Position numbers and translations under genes: made by a program
From: Anthoceros angustus
Taxonomy: Eukaryota; Plantae; Anthocerotophyta
Length of the DNA stretch: 64,000 bases
Direction: 5' to 3'
Assembly: GCA_010909165.1 (NCBI GenBank)
Contig: MU008186.1
Location: 620,001-684,000, forward strand
The notes under the pieces: model-generated
The model's database searches: none
The model's input: the letters and a program-made list of their open reading frames with translations, nothing else
What the model was told of the DNA's origin: nothing
In this document: positions 23,641 to 36,944 of the stretch, in pieces
How the letters are laid out: each line of letters begins with the position of its first letter
Position numbering within the stretch: position 1 is the first letter of the stretch

Positions 23641-25141
23641 GATGACAATACCACCCGAGAGGATTATGGGGAGCAGGGCTGAGGAGATGATGAAGAAGAT
23701 GACTCTCATTCCCTTCCAAATTGGGAGAGGGATATGCTCGGGTACAAGCTTGGTGAGGTCATGGTGAGGATTATGGGGAGCAGAGCTGAGGAGATGATGA
23801 AGAAGATGACTCTCATTCCCTTCCGAATTGGGAAAGAAATATGCCTGGGTACAAGCTTGGTGAGGTCATGGTTCGCTACGTGCTGGCTCAATTAATTCAC
23901 ATTCAGAATTGCACAAGGATGAATTGCTAGGTGGGGTCATTCACGCCCCCTATGCACGTCAATTAATTCACAGCCCACAGAGCACAAGGATGAATTGCTA
24001 GGTGGGGTCATTCTTGAGGCCTATACGAGGGCGAGGGTGACACGACAAATCAAGAAATCATTCAAATTTTAATATAATAATAAATAATAACTTTATTTCT
24101 TAAAAAATAAAAATAAATTATCAGCATATGATGTTTTGAAGATCTTGTGAGAGCAAGGTCAAAAATGGTATTGGAACCCATATTGGTAGAGGCTAATCAT
24201 CAAGCAAGGTCAAAAATGGTATTGGAACCCATATTGGTAGAGGCTAATCATCAAGCTTGCACCTTTGAGACCAACTTAACCTGTGTTACACCTCGCGGCG
24301 TCGCCCCATAGAAGAAGAAGAAGAATTTTATTTAAGTCCACTAAGGACTGATCATGGGACTTGGTACTTAACAACTTGTACCATGGTGTGCCTAAGCTAC
24401 TTGCACCAAGGGCATCCACTCCCTATAGGCACCCCATCTAAGTACCGATCCAAGCTCAGGATGCTTAATCACGGCGTTCTTATAAATGTGTGCACGGCGT
24501 TCTTATAAATGTGTGTCCATTTGGCCTAGGCCATTTGGACATAGGAATAGACAGACTTTTTAATAGAACTGGATTGCCCAGTGAACAAGCAAGAGTCGCA
24601 AGTATGCTTTGTGCATGGGGCTGGCTAGGCCTACCCTATGGTGCATGTTTATGCATGAATAGAGTGGATTAGTATGTATAACTATTTATATAATTATATA
24701 AAATATATATGTTATATATTATTATTATTATTATAATATTGTAGGTGTAAATATATTATTTGATATAATTTAATATAATAAAGAAACGCCTTATGGGCCT
24801 TTTACACACTATGAGAAATAGGTAAGAGGCTAAGTTAGCGAAACATCCAAGAGATATGTCATATTGGGAATGACCATAAAATCTTCCGAGATGTAATGAC
24901 TTCGTTCCTAATGACTTCGTTCCTATGGATGAGGAGACTGATCTCCTTTAGAAGTGTGAGTTTTGAACTACCCACCTAATAGCAATATGACATTTGACAA
25001 TTAGGCACGAGCATAGACTCTTATTGGGAAAGTTAGAAAATCTAGAACCACAAAATTCTCCGAGATGTAATGATATAGTTCCAACGGATGAGCATGTAGG
25101 ACTCTTTTGTGTGAGTTATAGACTAGGTACCCACCTAATCC

Positions 25142-25893
25142 AGGGAAGGAGGGAAGGAAGGAGGGAAGGAAGGAGGGAAGGAAGGAGGGAAGGAAGGAGG
25201 GAAGGAAGGAGGGAAGGAAGGAGGGAAGGAAGGAAGGAGGGAAGGAAGGAGGAAGGAAGGAGGAAGGAAGGAGGGAAGGAAGGAGGAAGGAAGGAGGGAA
25301 GGAAGGAGGGAAGGAGGGAAGGAAGGAGGAAGGAAGGAGGGAAGGAAGGAGGGAAGGAAGGAGGGAAGGAAGGAGGAAGGAAGGAGGGAAGGAAGGAGGG
25401 AAGGAAGGAGGGAAGGAAGGAGGGAAGGAAGGAGGGAAGGAAGGAGGGAAGGAAGGAGGGAAGGAAGGAGGGAAGGAAGGAGGGAAGGAAGGAGGGAAGG
25501 AAGGAGGGAAGGAAGGAGGGAAGGAAGGAGGGAAGGAGGGAAGGAAGGAGGGAAGGAAGGAGGGAAGGAAGGAGGGAAGGAAGGAGGAAGGAAGGAGGGA
25601 AGGAAGGAGGGAAGGAAGGAGGGAAGGAAGGAGGGAAGGAAGGAGGGAAGGAAGGAGGGAAGGAAGGAGGGAAGGAAGGAGGGAAGGAAGGAGGGAAGGA
25701 AGGAGGGAAGGAAGGAGGGAAGGAAGGAGGAAGGAAGGAGGGAAGGAAGGAGGGAAGGAAGGAGGGAAGGAAGGAGGGAAGGAAGGAGGGAAGGAAGGAG
25801 GGAAGGAAGGAGGGAAGGAAGGAGGGAAGGAAGGAGGGAAGGAAGGAGGGAAGGAAGGAGGGAAGGAAGGAGGAAGGAAGGAGGAAAAAGGAA
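25142..25893 (+). repeat. Pure-purine (GGAAGGAAGGAG)n microsatellite, copy 2
   Basis: Contains only G and A. Unit interruptions fall at different positions than in copy 1. Confidence 0.97.
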
Positions 25894-26067
25894 CCTATTA
25901 ATTTATTGCACCTATAAAAAAAAACACAGCCGAGTGTCCCGGATACTTACGCGATCTTGTCATCTGGCTACGTGTGAGTGGATTCAGATAGTCCTGATGG
26001 TGCCACCGGCCTCGCCGTTTACAAATTTGATGAATCACACCCTTTTTGCTGCTGCGGAGAGTCTTGA

Positions 26068-28051
26068 ATGGCGTTCGCCGGATTGAGTTGGAGTGTGGAG
26101 GATTGGGTGGTGATTGGCGTCGTCACCCTGGTTGCGTCGTGCTTGGCACTGCATTTTCTGCAGGCCAAGCGGAGCAGGCAGTATCGGTTGCCCCAGGACC
26201 TCCCAAATGGCCGATTGTGGGCAACCTCCGCAGCCAAAGCCGGCAAGATGCCCCACCAGGTCACCATGGAGCTGGCCAAGACTTACGGCCCTGTAATGCT
26301 GCTCAAGCTCGGCGTCTCCAACGTGCTGTACATCACTGACCCCAAGATTGCCGAAGACTGCCTCAAAGGTTCAGTGTTCGTCAACAGGCCCAAGGTTGCA
26401 GCCAATTCGTACTTGAACTACGGCGACGCGCATTCTGGTAGAAATTCGGCTGTGGTACTGAAGCCTGTAGTTGTTGAAAGGTAGTTGGGTAGGGGACGAC
26501 GCTTACAGAACAGAGCTTTTGGGTTTGGTTGCAGCTGTGGTTCCGTGTGGGGAGTACTGGAGGCTTGTGAAGAAGCTGGTGCACACGGAGCTGCTCAGCA
26601 GCAGCAGGCTGCAGCAGTTTGAGGATTGAGGGCGGAGGAGACTCAGGCAACAGTTCGGGAGGTGTTGGAGGCTTCCAAGGGGAATGTTGCAGTGCGTGTG
26701 CGTAGGAATCTGAACTATTTGATGATGAATAACATCACTCGGATGACGATGAGCAAGAAGTTCAGCTTGCCGGCAGCAGGGGAGGAGGGCGGCGGTGGGC
26801 GGTCTGAAGCCAAGGATTGGGTAGACTCCATTGATGAGATCTTTGAGTTGTACTTGAACCCTATGATGGAGGATATTGTCCCTGCTCTTGCCTGGGTGGA
26901 TGCGGTGTCAGGCTTACGGAGCAGGATGCGGAAGCTACTTGTCAATCTGGATACGATTCTCCAAGGAACGCTGGATGGACGGAAGCAGGATCTGCTGGAC
27001 AACACAAGAACCGAGAATGAGACTCGGGACTTTTTGGATGTGATGCTGCTGAGTGACGGTGGACGGGCTCTGAGTGAGAGATCAATTAAAGCTACTATCA
27101 TGGTACTCTATGCACTGCACAAGTGCGCTAGAGCGTTTGCCTTGTGTGGACTTTGTTTTTGAAATGTTGCAAGACTTTTTTGTCAGGCTCTAATGATGTC
27201 TCGCACCATGCAGGATTTGGTGGGTGCTGGGACAGAGACATCTGCCTCTACCACGGAATGGGCTCTGTCAGAGCTTGTTGCTAATCCAGACATCATGAAG
27301 AAGGCTCAGCAAGAGGTAGACCAAGTGGTGGGTACGGAACGAGTGGTGAGGGAATCAGATGTAGAAAACATGCCTTACCTTCGGGCCGTGGTTCGAGAAA
27401 CAATCAGACTACGCCTTGGACCATGGGGTCTTCCACGAAGTAGTGCTGTGGAGTCCCAGGTAATTACTATTGTGCTTCCTTTAAATTCCTTGGATGATAC
27501 TGCGCTAGCACACTGTTTGGATTTCATTGCAGCATTACAAGTAGCTTACCATGGTCCTTCCGTAAATTCCTTGCTCCAAGCTTCAGGGATGATAACAGGC
27601 TAGTAGCACATTGTTTGGATTTCATTGCAAGATTACCGGTAGCTGAACATTGACACCAATCCGTACGACACGCAGGTTCAAGGATATGATATTCCTGCCG
27701 ATTGCACACTGATGGTCCAGATGTGGGCCATGGGTCGGGACCCAGCCATCTGGGAGGACCCTTTAAAGTTCGACCCAGAGAGGTTCATGGGGAGCAAGGC
27801 CGAGGAGATGATGAGGAAGATGGCTTTCACTCCTTTCGGAATTGGGAAACGGATGTGCCCGGGGTATAAGCTGGGTGCCCTCATGGTACACTATGTGCTG
27901 GCTCGATTAATTCACAGCTTCGACTGGTCTCTTCCCGACGGAATAGGGCATGAGCAATTGGACATGGAGGAGACCTTTGGCATGACGCTCCAGAGAAGGA
28001 CGCCTCTGACAGCTTTTGGTCAAGCCCAGGTTGCCACTTCATTTGTATTGA
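26068..28051 (+). CDS. Cytochrome P450 type B1, copy 2 (frameshifted)
   Basis: Duplicate of 7682-9666, with PFGIGKRMCPG and DFLDVMLL. Confidence 0.85.
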
Positions 28052-28234
28052 ATCCGTTGCAGCGAGCAGCGCTAGCTGTAGCGCTCATCCTCTCCACCGG
28101 AGGCTCATCAGCAGCAATTCAAGGCTCATGATGTTCATGAAACCGAGCCTTCTCAGGTGCCGAATGCGAAGTGTCGCACGGAGGGTCTCCGGTCTTCTCC
28201 AACTGAACATGTATTCGCCTTTGGAATCCACAGC

Positions 28235-28950
28235 GCTGGCTTGACTACTCCATACCTTCGACTTCACATCCCAACGAAACTGGGCCTGAGCAACTGGACG
28301 AGAGTCTGACCTTTGGCCTGGCGTGAAAACAGTGCAAATTCAGGATGTCCGATTCCTGCACCCTGCGACCTCTACCACCTACAAAGTCATGCTCCTTCTG
28401 AGCCCGTTTCATAATGTCAGGGTTGCGGATCATCTCTGCCGTAACCCAACAATGGTCACTGAAGAAATGTCCACTCCAGCACCGATCAAGGCCTGCTGCA
28501 GAGAAAAACCATGATATGACAACCCCGCCAGTCCAGAATTGCCAGGTACCGAGAGTGATATCCGACCAAAAAGTTCTCGTTTAGCGCATTCGCTTCAGTT
28601 CTGTTCCTCAGATTCAGAAGCTCACAAAGCCAGGAAACTTTCATAGGAGAGGAACAACAGCCAATCGAGAAACTTCATCATAACTATCTGGTGAGGACAT
28701 GTAACCCAGGCTTACCTGCTGATGACCCGGATCCTGGTGTGACCCTCCTTGGTGAAAAACCGTTTTCCGATCAGCCGTCCAGTCAGCAGATTCATGGGTT
28801 GGGATGATACGATGTGTAACATAGGGGAATCAGAACCCTTGCTGAAGATTTCTCCCCCGGGGTTGTTTCGATTTATTTTCAAAATACCAAATTTAAAAAA
28901 AAAATCAGATTCATGGTGAGAGCAGCAAGCCTCTGGTTCAAGTTGACTAT
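28235..28950 (-). pseudogene. Collapsed type A P450 pseudogene / type B fragment chimera, copy 2
   Basis: Duplicate of 9856-10565. Confidence 0.75.
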
Positions 28951-29230
28951 GGCAAGCGGGTCAGGTGATCTTGAACAGCAATGCTTCTTTTGATATCTTA
29001 CCCGGATCATATGTAGCTGGATCAGACCCGGATCATGAGGGGAGAAGCATTATGCTCCAAAGTCATGACAGTTGCCAAGTAAAATATGAGTACATGTGTG
29101 TTGCGAAAGCCAGTTGTTATGGTTTACTTGACGGTCTCACTGGTTGACTGGGTCACGAATCTGGTGGAGCTAGCGACATACATAGCTTGATGCCGAGCCA
29201 CACTTGCGCTGCTGTGGTGGAGAGACTGGA

Positions 29231-31210
29231 ATGGGGCTGGCCAGTTTCAGAGTGGAGGATTGGGTAGTGATCGGAGTCGCCACCCTGGTTGCATCTTGCT
29301 TCGCATTGCATTTTCTGCAGGCCAAGAGGAGCAGGCAGTATCGGTTGCCCCCGGGACCTCCCAAATGGCCGATTGTGGGGAACCTCCCGCAGCTGGCCAA
29401 AGCCGGCAAGATGCCTCACCAGGTCACCATGGAGCTGGCCAAGACGTACGGGCCTGTAATGCTGCTCAAGCTAGGCGTCTCCAACGTGCTGTACGTCACC
29501 GATCCCAAGATCGCTGAAGACTGCTTCAAAGGTTCCGTGTTCATCAACAGGCCCAAGATTGCAGCCCATTCGTACTTGAGCTACGGCGACGTGCACACTG
29601 GTAAAGCTTAGATCTGCACTAGTAGTGGAAGCAGTGGCTGTTAAAAGGTAGTTGGGTAGCGGACGACGCTCACAAGGCCGAGGTTTTGGTTGCAGTTGCG
29701 GCTCCGCATGGGGAATACTGGAGGCTTGTGAAAAAGCTGGTGCACACGGAGCTGCTCAGCGGCAGCAGGCTGCAGCAGTTTGAGGCATTGAGGGAGGAGG
29801 AGACTGAGGCCACCCTTCGGGAGCTGTTGGAGGCGTCCAAGGGAAATGTTACAGTGCATATGCGTAGGACTCTGAACTATTTGATGATGAACAACATCAC
29901 TCGCATGGTGATGAGCAGGAAGTTCTGCTTGCCTACAGAAGGGGAGGAGGCCGGCGATGGGCGGTCTGAAGCCAAGGATTGGGTGGACGGGATCGAAGAG
30001 ATCTTCGAGTTGTACTTGAACCCCATGATGGAGGATGTTGTCCCTGCCCTTGCCTGGGTGGATGCAGTGTCAGGCTTACGGAGCAGAATGCGGAGGCTAC
30101 TTTCCAAGCTGGATAGGATTCTCCAAGGGGCACTGGATGTACGGAAGCAGGATCTGCTCGAGAGGAGAAGAACCGAGCAAGAGACAAGGGACTTTTTGGA
30201 TGTGATGCTGCTGAGTGATGGTGAACGGGCTCTTACTGAGAGATCAATCAAAGCTATTATCATGGTATTCTATGCCCTGCACAAGTGCACCTGAGCGTTG
30301 CCTTGTGTGGAATTGTTTGGTAATATTGAAATATTCCAAGACTCACTTTTCAGGCTTTAAGGATGTCATGCACAACATGCAGGATATACTGGGTGCAGGG
30401 ACAGAGTCATCTGCCTCTTCTACGGAATGGGCTCTGTCACAGCTTCTTGCTAACCCAGACATCATGAAGAAAGCTCAACAGGAGGTAGACCAAGTGGTGG
30501 GCAGGGAACGAGTGGTGAGGGAGTCAGATGTGGACCACATGCCTTACCTTCAGGCCGTGGTTCGGGAGACATTCAGACTACGCAATGGACCATGGGGTCT
30601 TCCAAGAAGCAGTGTTGTGGAGTCTCAGGTGCATACTATGGTCCTTCCTGTCAATTCTTTGCCCTATCATAGGATGCCCTATCACATTGGTTTCGAGTTC
30701 ATTGAAAGATTACAACTAGCTTAACGTTTTGTGTCAAGCACAAAATGCCAGCAGGCATACAACAAACATGCTACAGGTAGCGGCTTGTTAGGCCACAAGT
30801 AGCTGAACATTGATACAAATACATGTGTCACGCAGATTCAAGGATATGACATTCCTGCCGATTGCGCACTGATGGTGCAGATGTGGGCCATGGGTCGGGA
30901 CCCAGCCATCTGGGAGGATCCTTTGAAGTTCGACCCGGAGCGGTTTCTGGGGAGCAAGGCCGAGGAGATGAAGAAGAAGATGGCTTTCATTCCTTTCGGA
31001 CTTGGAAAACGGATGTGCCCGGGGTATAAGCTGGGTGCCGTCATGGTACACTATGTGCTGGCTCGATTAATTCACAGCTTCGACTGGTCCCTTCCCAACG
31101 GAACCGGGCCTGAGCAACTGGACATGGAGGAGACATTTGGCCTGACGCTGGTGAGAAGGACACCTCTGACAGCTGTAGTGAAGCCCAGGTTGCCACTGCA
31201 TTTGTATTGA
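29231..31210 (+). CDS. Cytochrome P450 type B2, intact (exons 29231-29600, 29696-30264, 30383-30628, 30836-31210; 519 aa)
   Basis: Exon lengths 370+569+246+375=1560 with consistent phases and no stops. Motifs AGTESS, RETFRLR, FDPERF and PFGLGKRMCPG. Confidence 0.93.
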
Positions 31211-33316
31211 ACCCGTCGCAGCTTGCAGCGCTAGCTGTAGCTTTCCGTCTTTCCTGAAACCAGAAGGCACTGGAGCCCTCGCTTCAAGGCTCAAGATATT
31301 CACGCTCCAGCCCTGGACGCACACAACGCTAAGCAATCTGAATACCTAGTGAGAGAAATGACTGGACGGAGGTTGTCCCTCCAGGGGCCCGAAGGTGCGG
31401 TTGTAGGATTCCACCAGCTCCACTACGCGGGTAGCGGCTTGCGGGAACGACAACCCCCTCTCACTCCGTAAACAGCAAGACGACGTTGAACGGGCTGCCG
31501 CCCACCACGCCCAGGTGGTAGGAAAGCACTTCGTCGGGGACAGCGAAGTGTCGCACGGAGGTTGGAGCGTGCCCTGCTTGGGAGATGGCAGGAATCATCA
31601 GGAAGCGCGCGGGAATGGGATGATGCAATCGGCTGCCAGTTCCGACAGTGCGAGGGATGAAAACAAGCTCCAACGTTCCAGCACCGCATCTGCCAACGGG
31701 CGCGCGACCCTCATAAGTGCGCCCCTCGTAAGGTCGTTGTTGTTATCCACCACGACCTGGACGGCGTCCCCGTAGGAGTCGAGCCATTCTCTCCCGGCCA
31801 CCAGCTCCAGCTGCTTGTCGCTCTCTGCGTTTCGTTGTGTGCCCTAAAACCCCATCGCACCTTAGCCTGACAAAGCGGTCACCATGTCAGCAGGTACATA
31901 TGCACATAGAATCTCCCCGACATGTCTACCACGTGCTCTTGCAGGAAGCTATAACAAGGATACCACGTCTCTACTGACATGCATCTTGCCATCAACTTGG
32001 ACCACCCCCTTGTATTTGTGCCCTGAAAGGCTTGAAGTCCGTCGGACATGGCCTTCCCACATTGTTGAATCTGGCCTCACATTGAAACCGAAATCCTGTA
32101 CCTCCTGGCAAGGAAAAGATGCTGGCTGCATTACGACTATGGTTGCACGGTGATCCAATACGAGGGGTAGGAAACGCAGCAAATGGATCTCACGAACGGG
32201 ACGTCATTTTTCTGCTCATGGAGCTTTGCTTGAAACTGTATTTTGGATAAAGGCAGTCGGAGTCTCTAAACGAGCAAAGAATTACAAGAGCATCACTTCA
32301 TGCCAATGATCGTGTTCTGGTTACTAGCAAACCTGCTGACCATTTGAAGAGGCAGCAGAATTTGAAAGATTCACGTCACCTTATGCCAATGATTCTGTCT
32401 CCGGCTACTTGCAAACCTGCTAACCAAGCTAACAGCAAAGGCAATATCTGGTCTGGTCCCGACCATAGCATACATCAATTTGCCAATAGCCTGTTGATAC
32501 AATTTTGATGTTGTATCCTCACACGCCCCACAACATCAACATGTACAAATCCAACAATCTTGTGGAAAAGAGACTGGAGCTAAACTTGCGAGAGAATGTT
32601 CCAGGCAGCTGGAGAGCAGATACAACAACAAGGCAGTTATTTCCCTTGCCTTGTTGAAGAGAAGGTTTGTTTTCACAATGAGCTCTCTTCCCCTGGCTGT
32701 CGTTGGTCATCTTTGCTAATCACCACGGTCAACCTGTTTACACAAAGCGTTGCTTTGGAATGTTCGATCTGTCGAGAAAAATGTTTAGTCAGAGAAAAAA
32801 ACTGACACGTAACTTAACGGATATGTTGCGTATACGTATGTACGTCTTGCGTATAACGGTCAAGGTGCGTGGTCGGTGACTTGTGCGAGGTGGTGGGAAC
32901 CCACAGACGACACGCGACGCCTCGAGACATGTACATACGTACATTTAAACGGTCAGCTTCTGTATGTGGCCGTTTGGGGACCCGCGCAAAATAGGTGAAT
33001 AATACGCCTGCCACCAGAAGAGGGGGATCAGTGAGGTACACTCCCCATCCAGGAAAACAGCATCAAGGCCCGCGGGATCCTCGCATTTTTGATGCAAATC
33101 GCGTCTGCCGACCGAGTGCTAGTCTACAGAATCACAGGTACTTGATGATGAGAATGTTGTTGGGTGAGAAGCATTGTATACTTCTGGAGGAACAGAAACA
33201 CCCAAACACACAGGCCATGTGAGGAGGAGCTCGGGAGATGGTGGTAGGAGGGGGGCCAGACAAGGCACATTTCCAGCTTGCCTGAGTCCGGGACTGGACA
33301 GGACAAGTTGGAGGAG

Positions 33317-36300
33317 ATGGCTCCTGCTGGTGCTGCAATGCTTGTGGTGCTCTTGTGGAGTGTGTGTCTGGCTGGCGTGGTGCAGGGACAGGGACTTGGA
33401 CAGAAAAGTGCAGATTTGCAGGTGCAGGCATTGTTGCAGTTCAAGCTCGGGGTGACTCGGGACCCGCTGCAGGCCCTCAGGAGCTGGCAAGGAACCAATC
33501 CCTGCTCCTGGTTCGGGGTAGCTTGCGACACCCTCAATTACCAGGTGCTCAAGGTGAACCTCACCGGCCTGCAGCTGGGGGGCAGCCTGGACGATGCTAT
33601 CTGCGGGCTGCCCTTCCTCAGCTCGCTGGACTTGAGCAGCAACAATTTTTCGGGGAGCATTCCGGCGGGGCTGGGAAACTGCACTTCTCTGCAGACTCTG
33701 GTGCTGCAGTCCAACGAGCTTAGCGGGGGCATTCCCCCCACGCTGGGCCTGCTGGGCTCTCTGCAGCTTCTGTCCCTGTCTAACAACCGGTTGGCGGGAA
33801 GCATTCCTGGGGAGCTAGGTTTTCTGACGGACCATCTCTCCGTTCTGTATCTGGACGGGAACCTGCTCAATGGGAGCATTCCGGATTCGCTAAGTAATTG
33901 CAGTCGGTTGGCGGATCTCCGGTTGAGCAGGAATCGTCTCACCGGCTCTGTGCCGGACAGTTTTGGCACTCTCAATGTTTTGCAGTACTTGCGTCTGTCT
34001 GCCAATCTGCTATCCGGGAGCATTCCTCCGGCTCTCGGGAACTGCTCCCAGCTCTTGCTGCTGGACCTTGCTTCCAATCAGCTCACTGGTGGAGTGCCGG
34101 GGGACTTGGGAAGGCTGGCTTTCCTACAGAGGCTTTATCTGCAGAACAACAGGCTCACTGGGCCCTTTCCTGATTCCATCACCAACTCCTCGTTTCTCAT
34201 AGAAGTTGTAGCCTCGGGGAACATGCTGAGCGGGCCCATCCCGGTGGCCATTGGGAGACTGTTGCAGCTTCAGACCTTGGAGCTCGCTAGGAATAATCTG
34301 ACAGGAGGCATTCCTGTGTCTCTGCTGGGGTGCCTGCAGATGTCGGTTTTGGATTTGTCTTTCAATCCTCTTGGGGGGCAGATTCCGGTGGACATTGGTT
34401 CCAGGCTTAAGCAGTTGACGTATCTGGGTTTGGCTGCCTGTAATCTCACTGGAAGCTTCCCTTTATCTCTGTCAAATTGCTCCCAGTTACGAGTCCTGGA
34501 CCTGTCGTCCAACTCCTTTTCTCCAGGCCAGGTCTCGGACAGCTTTGCGCAAAATTTGGGGGATTTGCAGCTCGTGAACCTGGGCTTCAGTCAGCTGCAG
34601 GGAGGCGTGCCTTCGAGCTTCGGGACGTGCCTGAACCTGGAGGTTCTTGACCTGGGCCACAACTTGCTGACTGGGCCCATCCCTGTGCAACTCGGAGATG
34701 CTACTTTCTTGAAAAATTTGGTCCTGGCCAACAACTTCCTGGAGGGGCCCATACCTTCTACGCTCTCTCAGCTCGCCAATCTGCGGGAGCTCCATTTGCA
34801 GGGAAACATGCTGAATGGTACCATCCCAGATCTGTCCAGTTGTAGGCAGCTTAGCATCTTGGACTTGCAGTTCAATAGCCTCAGTGGATCTGTTCCGGCT
34901 TCCTTGGGTTTGGTGTCCGGTATGACAAGGTTGCATCTTGGGGGAAACAAGTTGTCTGGAGGCATCCCTGGAAGTCTAGGTAATCTCTCCCTCATACAGG
35001 ACCTCGATCTGTCTAACAACCTTCTTTCAGGAAGTATTCCGACCCAGGTTGCCGGCATGGGCACTCTGGCCTTGGGATTCAACCTGTCCCACAACTTGCT
35101 CTCCGGTCCCATTCCTCCACAACTGGGAACTCTCACTCTCGTCTCCACCATCGACCTCTCTTCCAATACCCTTACCGGAGGAATTCCTCCAGCTTTGAAT
35201 GGCTGCTCGTCTTTGCAATCTCTCACTCTCTCCAACAACCCAACACTAGGCGGGTTCCTCCCTTCATCTCTTGGAGTCCTCTATAAGCTCCAATCCCTTG
35301 CAGTATCTAACTGCTCGTTGAATGGGAGCATTCCCATGGAGTTGGGAACCTCAAGTTCACAACTTCAGAGTCTGGATCTGTCGTATAACAACCTTTCTGG
35401 ACCCATACCTGCCTCTCTTGCTGACCTCCGTTTCCTCTCCTATCTCAACCTGTCCTTCAACAGTTTGGAGGGTGAAATTCCCCAACTGCTACAAAATAAT
35501 CCTGGCATATCAAGTTCCTCCTTCTATAGAAACCCTGCTCTCTGCGGAGCTATTCTTGGAAGCCCCTGTGGACCAGGCTCGTCTGTGAGCTCTGGTGAAA
35601 CGTACAGTAAGAAAACCCGTAACCGTGGGCTGGCAGCGGGAATCGCGGTGTCTGTCTTCGTTCTGGTTGTTATTTTGGGTTTGCTTGTTTGGCGATTCTG
35701 TTGTCATGATGGAGGGAGTGAATCTACAGACCCGAATGGCCCAGACTGCCAGCGACTTTTGTTCAGGAGTCCCTTCAGACATGCAACTCCATTCAGGTAC
35801 ACTGAGGAAGAGCTGAAGATCGCGACTGAAGGCTTCAGCGAAAGCAACTTGCTTGGCAATGGTGGAGTCGGCACAGTGCACAAAGGAATACTCAAGAGCG
35901 GAAGAGCGGTGGCTGTGAAGAGAATGAAATTCGACGACAACAGCAAGAAACTGGAGAGGAACTTCAGGATGGAGGTAGAAAGACTCACCAACGTCCGGCA
36001 CCAGAACCTGGTGCGGGTTCTAGGATCATGCGCCAGTAGCCAGAACTGGAGGTACCTGGTGCTGGAATATGCAGACAAAGGGTCTCTGGAGAAAATGCTT
36101 TACCCCCTGGAAGGCTCGGTGCAAGGGTGTACTGTGGACTGGGACCTCAGGATCGACATCTTGATTGGAATAGCCCAGGCACTTGCTTTTCTACACAACG
36201 AGTGCTTCGAGCAGATTGTGTACGGCAACCTTAAGCCCTCCAACATTTTACTTGATGCTGACATGCAACCCCAACTTGTGGACTTCGGGATCACCAGGCT

Positions 36301-36944
36301 TTTGCATGGCTCCAACACCATCACAGCTGCCAACATCAAGACTTCTGCTGGCTATATTGCTCCAGGTTTGATTCCCCCATCCAGACGTCATGGACCAATC
36401 CAGGTCAAAGAGGGAAGGAAGAGCAGGCTAGTATTAACATCTTCAACTGGACTTTGTGTTCTTTGCAGAGTACTCACTGGGCTCTACCCCACTGTCACCA
36501 TCCGGGGATGTGTTCAGCTTTGGGATCATCATCCTGGAAATGCTGACACAAAGAAAACCGTCGAGTGACTTCTTCCGAGGCGACAACGAGAGTCTTCCTG
36601 CTTGGGTGCGATCCTCCTACCCCCACCAGATGTTGGAGATCCTGGCTCCTTTCCTTCTCGCAAACCTGGACACCATTGCAGGAACCAGAGAAGCTGCCCG
36701 CAAAGCTGTAAGCCTGGTAGCCCAAGTAGGCCTGCTATGCGCAAACGAGATGGTGGCCTCCCGGCCTACCATGTACAACGTGGTGGGCATGCTCCAACAC
36801 ATCAAAGCCGGAGTAGACAAGACTTTCGGGAGCTTCAGGTCCAGCAGATCATCAGGCTTCTACGACGCCTTGTCCAGAAACAACTCTGTATCATCCCAAG
36901 TCTCCTCTTCTGCAGATGAGGGCAAGGATCAACATCCACTGTAA
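33317..36944 (+). CDS. LRR receptor-like kinase (~27 LRRs, TM, atypical kinase; exons 33317-36365, 36469-36944; 1174 aa)
   Basis: Signal peptide, LRRNT (NPCSWFGVAC), LxxNxLxGxIP repeats, C-cap NPALCG and TM helix. Kinase motifs VAVK, YGNLKPSNILL, DFG, GYIAP|EY across the single intron, and GDVFSFGII. Confidence 0.95.

Larger units (their letters stand above)
18395..30255. repeat. Segmental/tandem duplication, copy 2
   Basis: Near-identical to 1-11860. Confidence 0.95.

Noticed and set aside
33278-33316. N-terminal extension of the RLK ORF, and its read-through to 36568
   Set aside because: The extension uses a non-ATG start, and the signal peptide follows the ATG at 33317. The ORF tail after 36365 is intron read-through.
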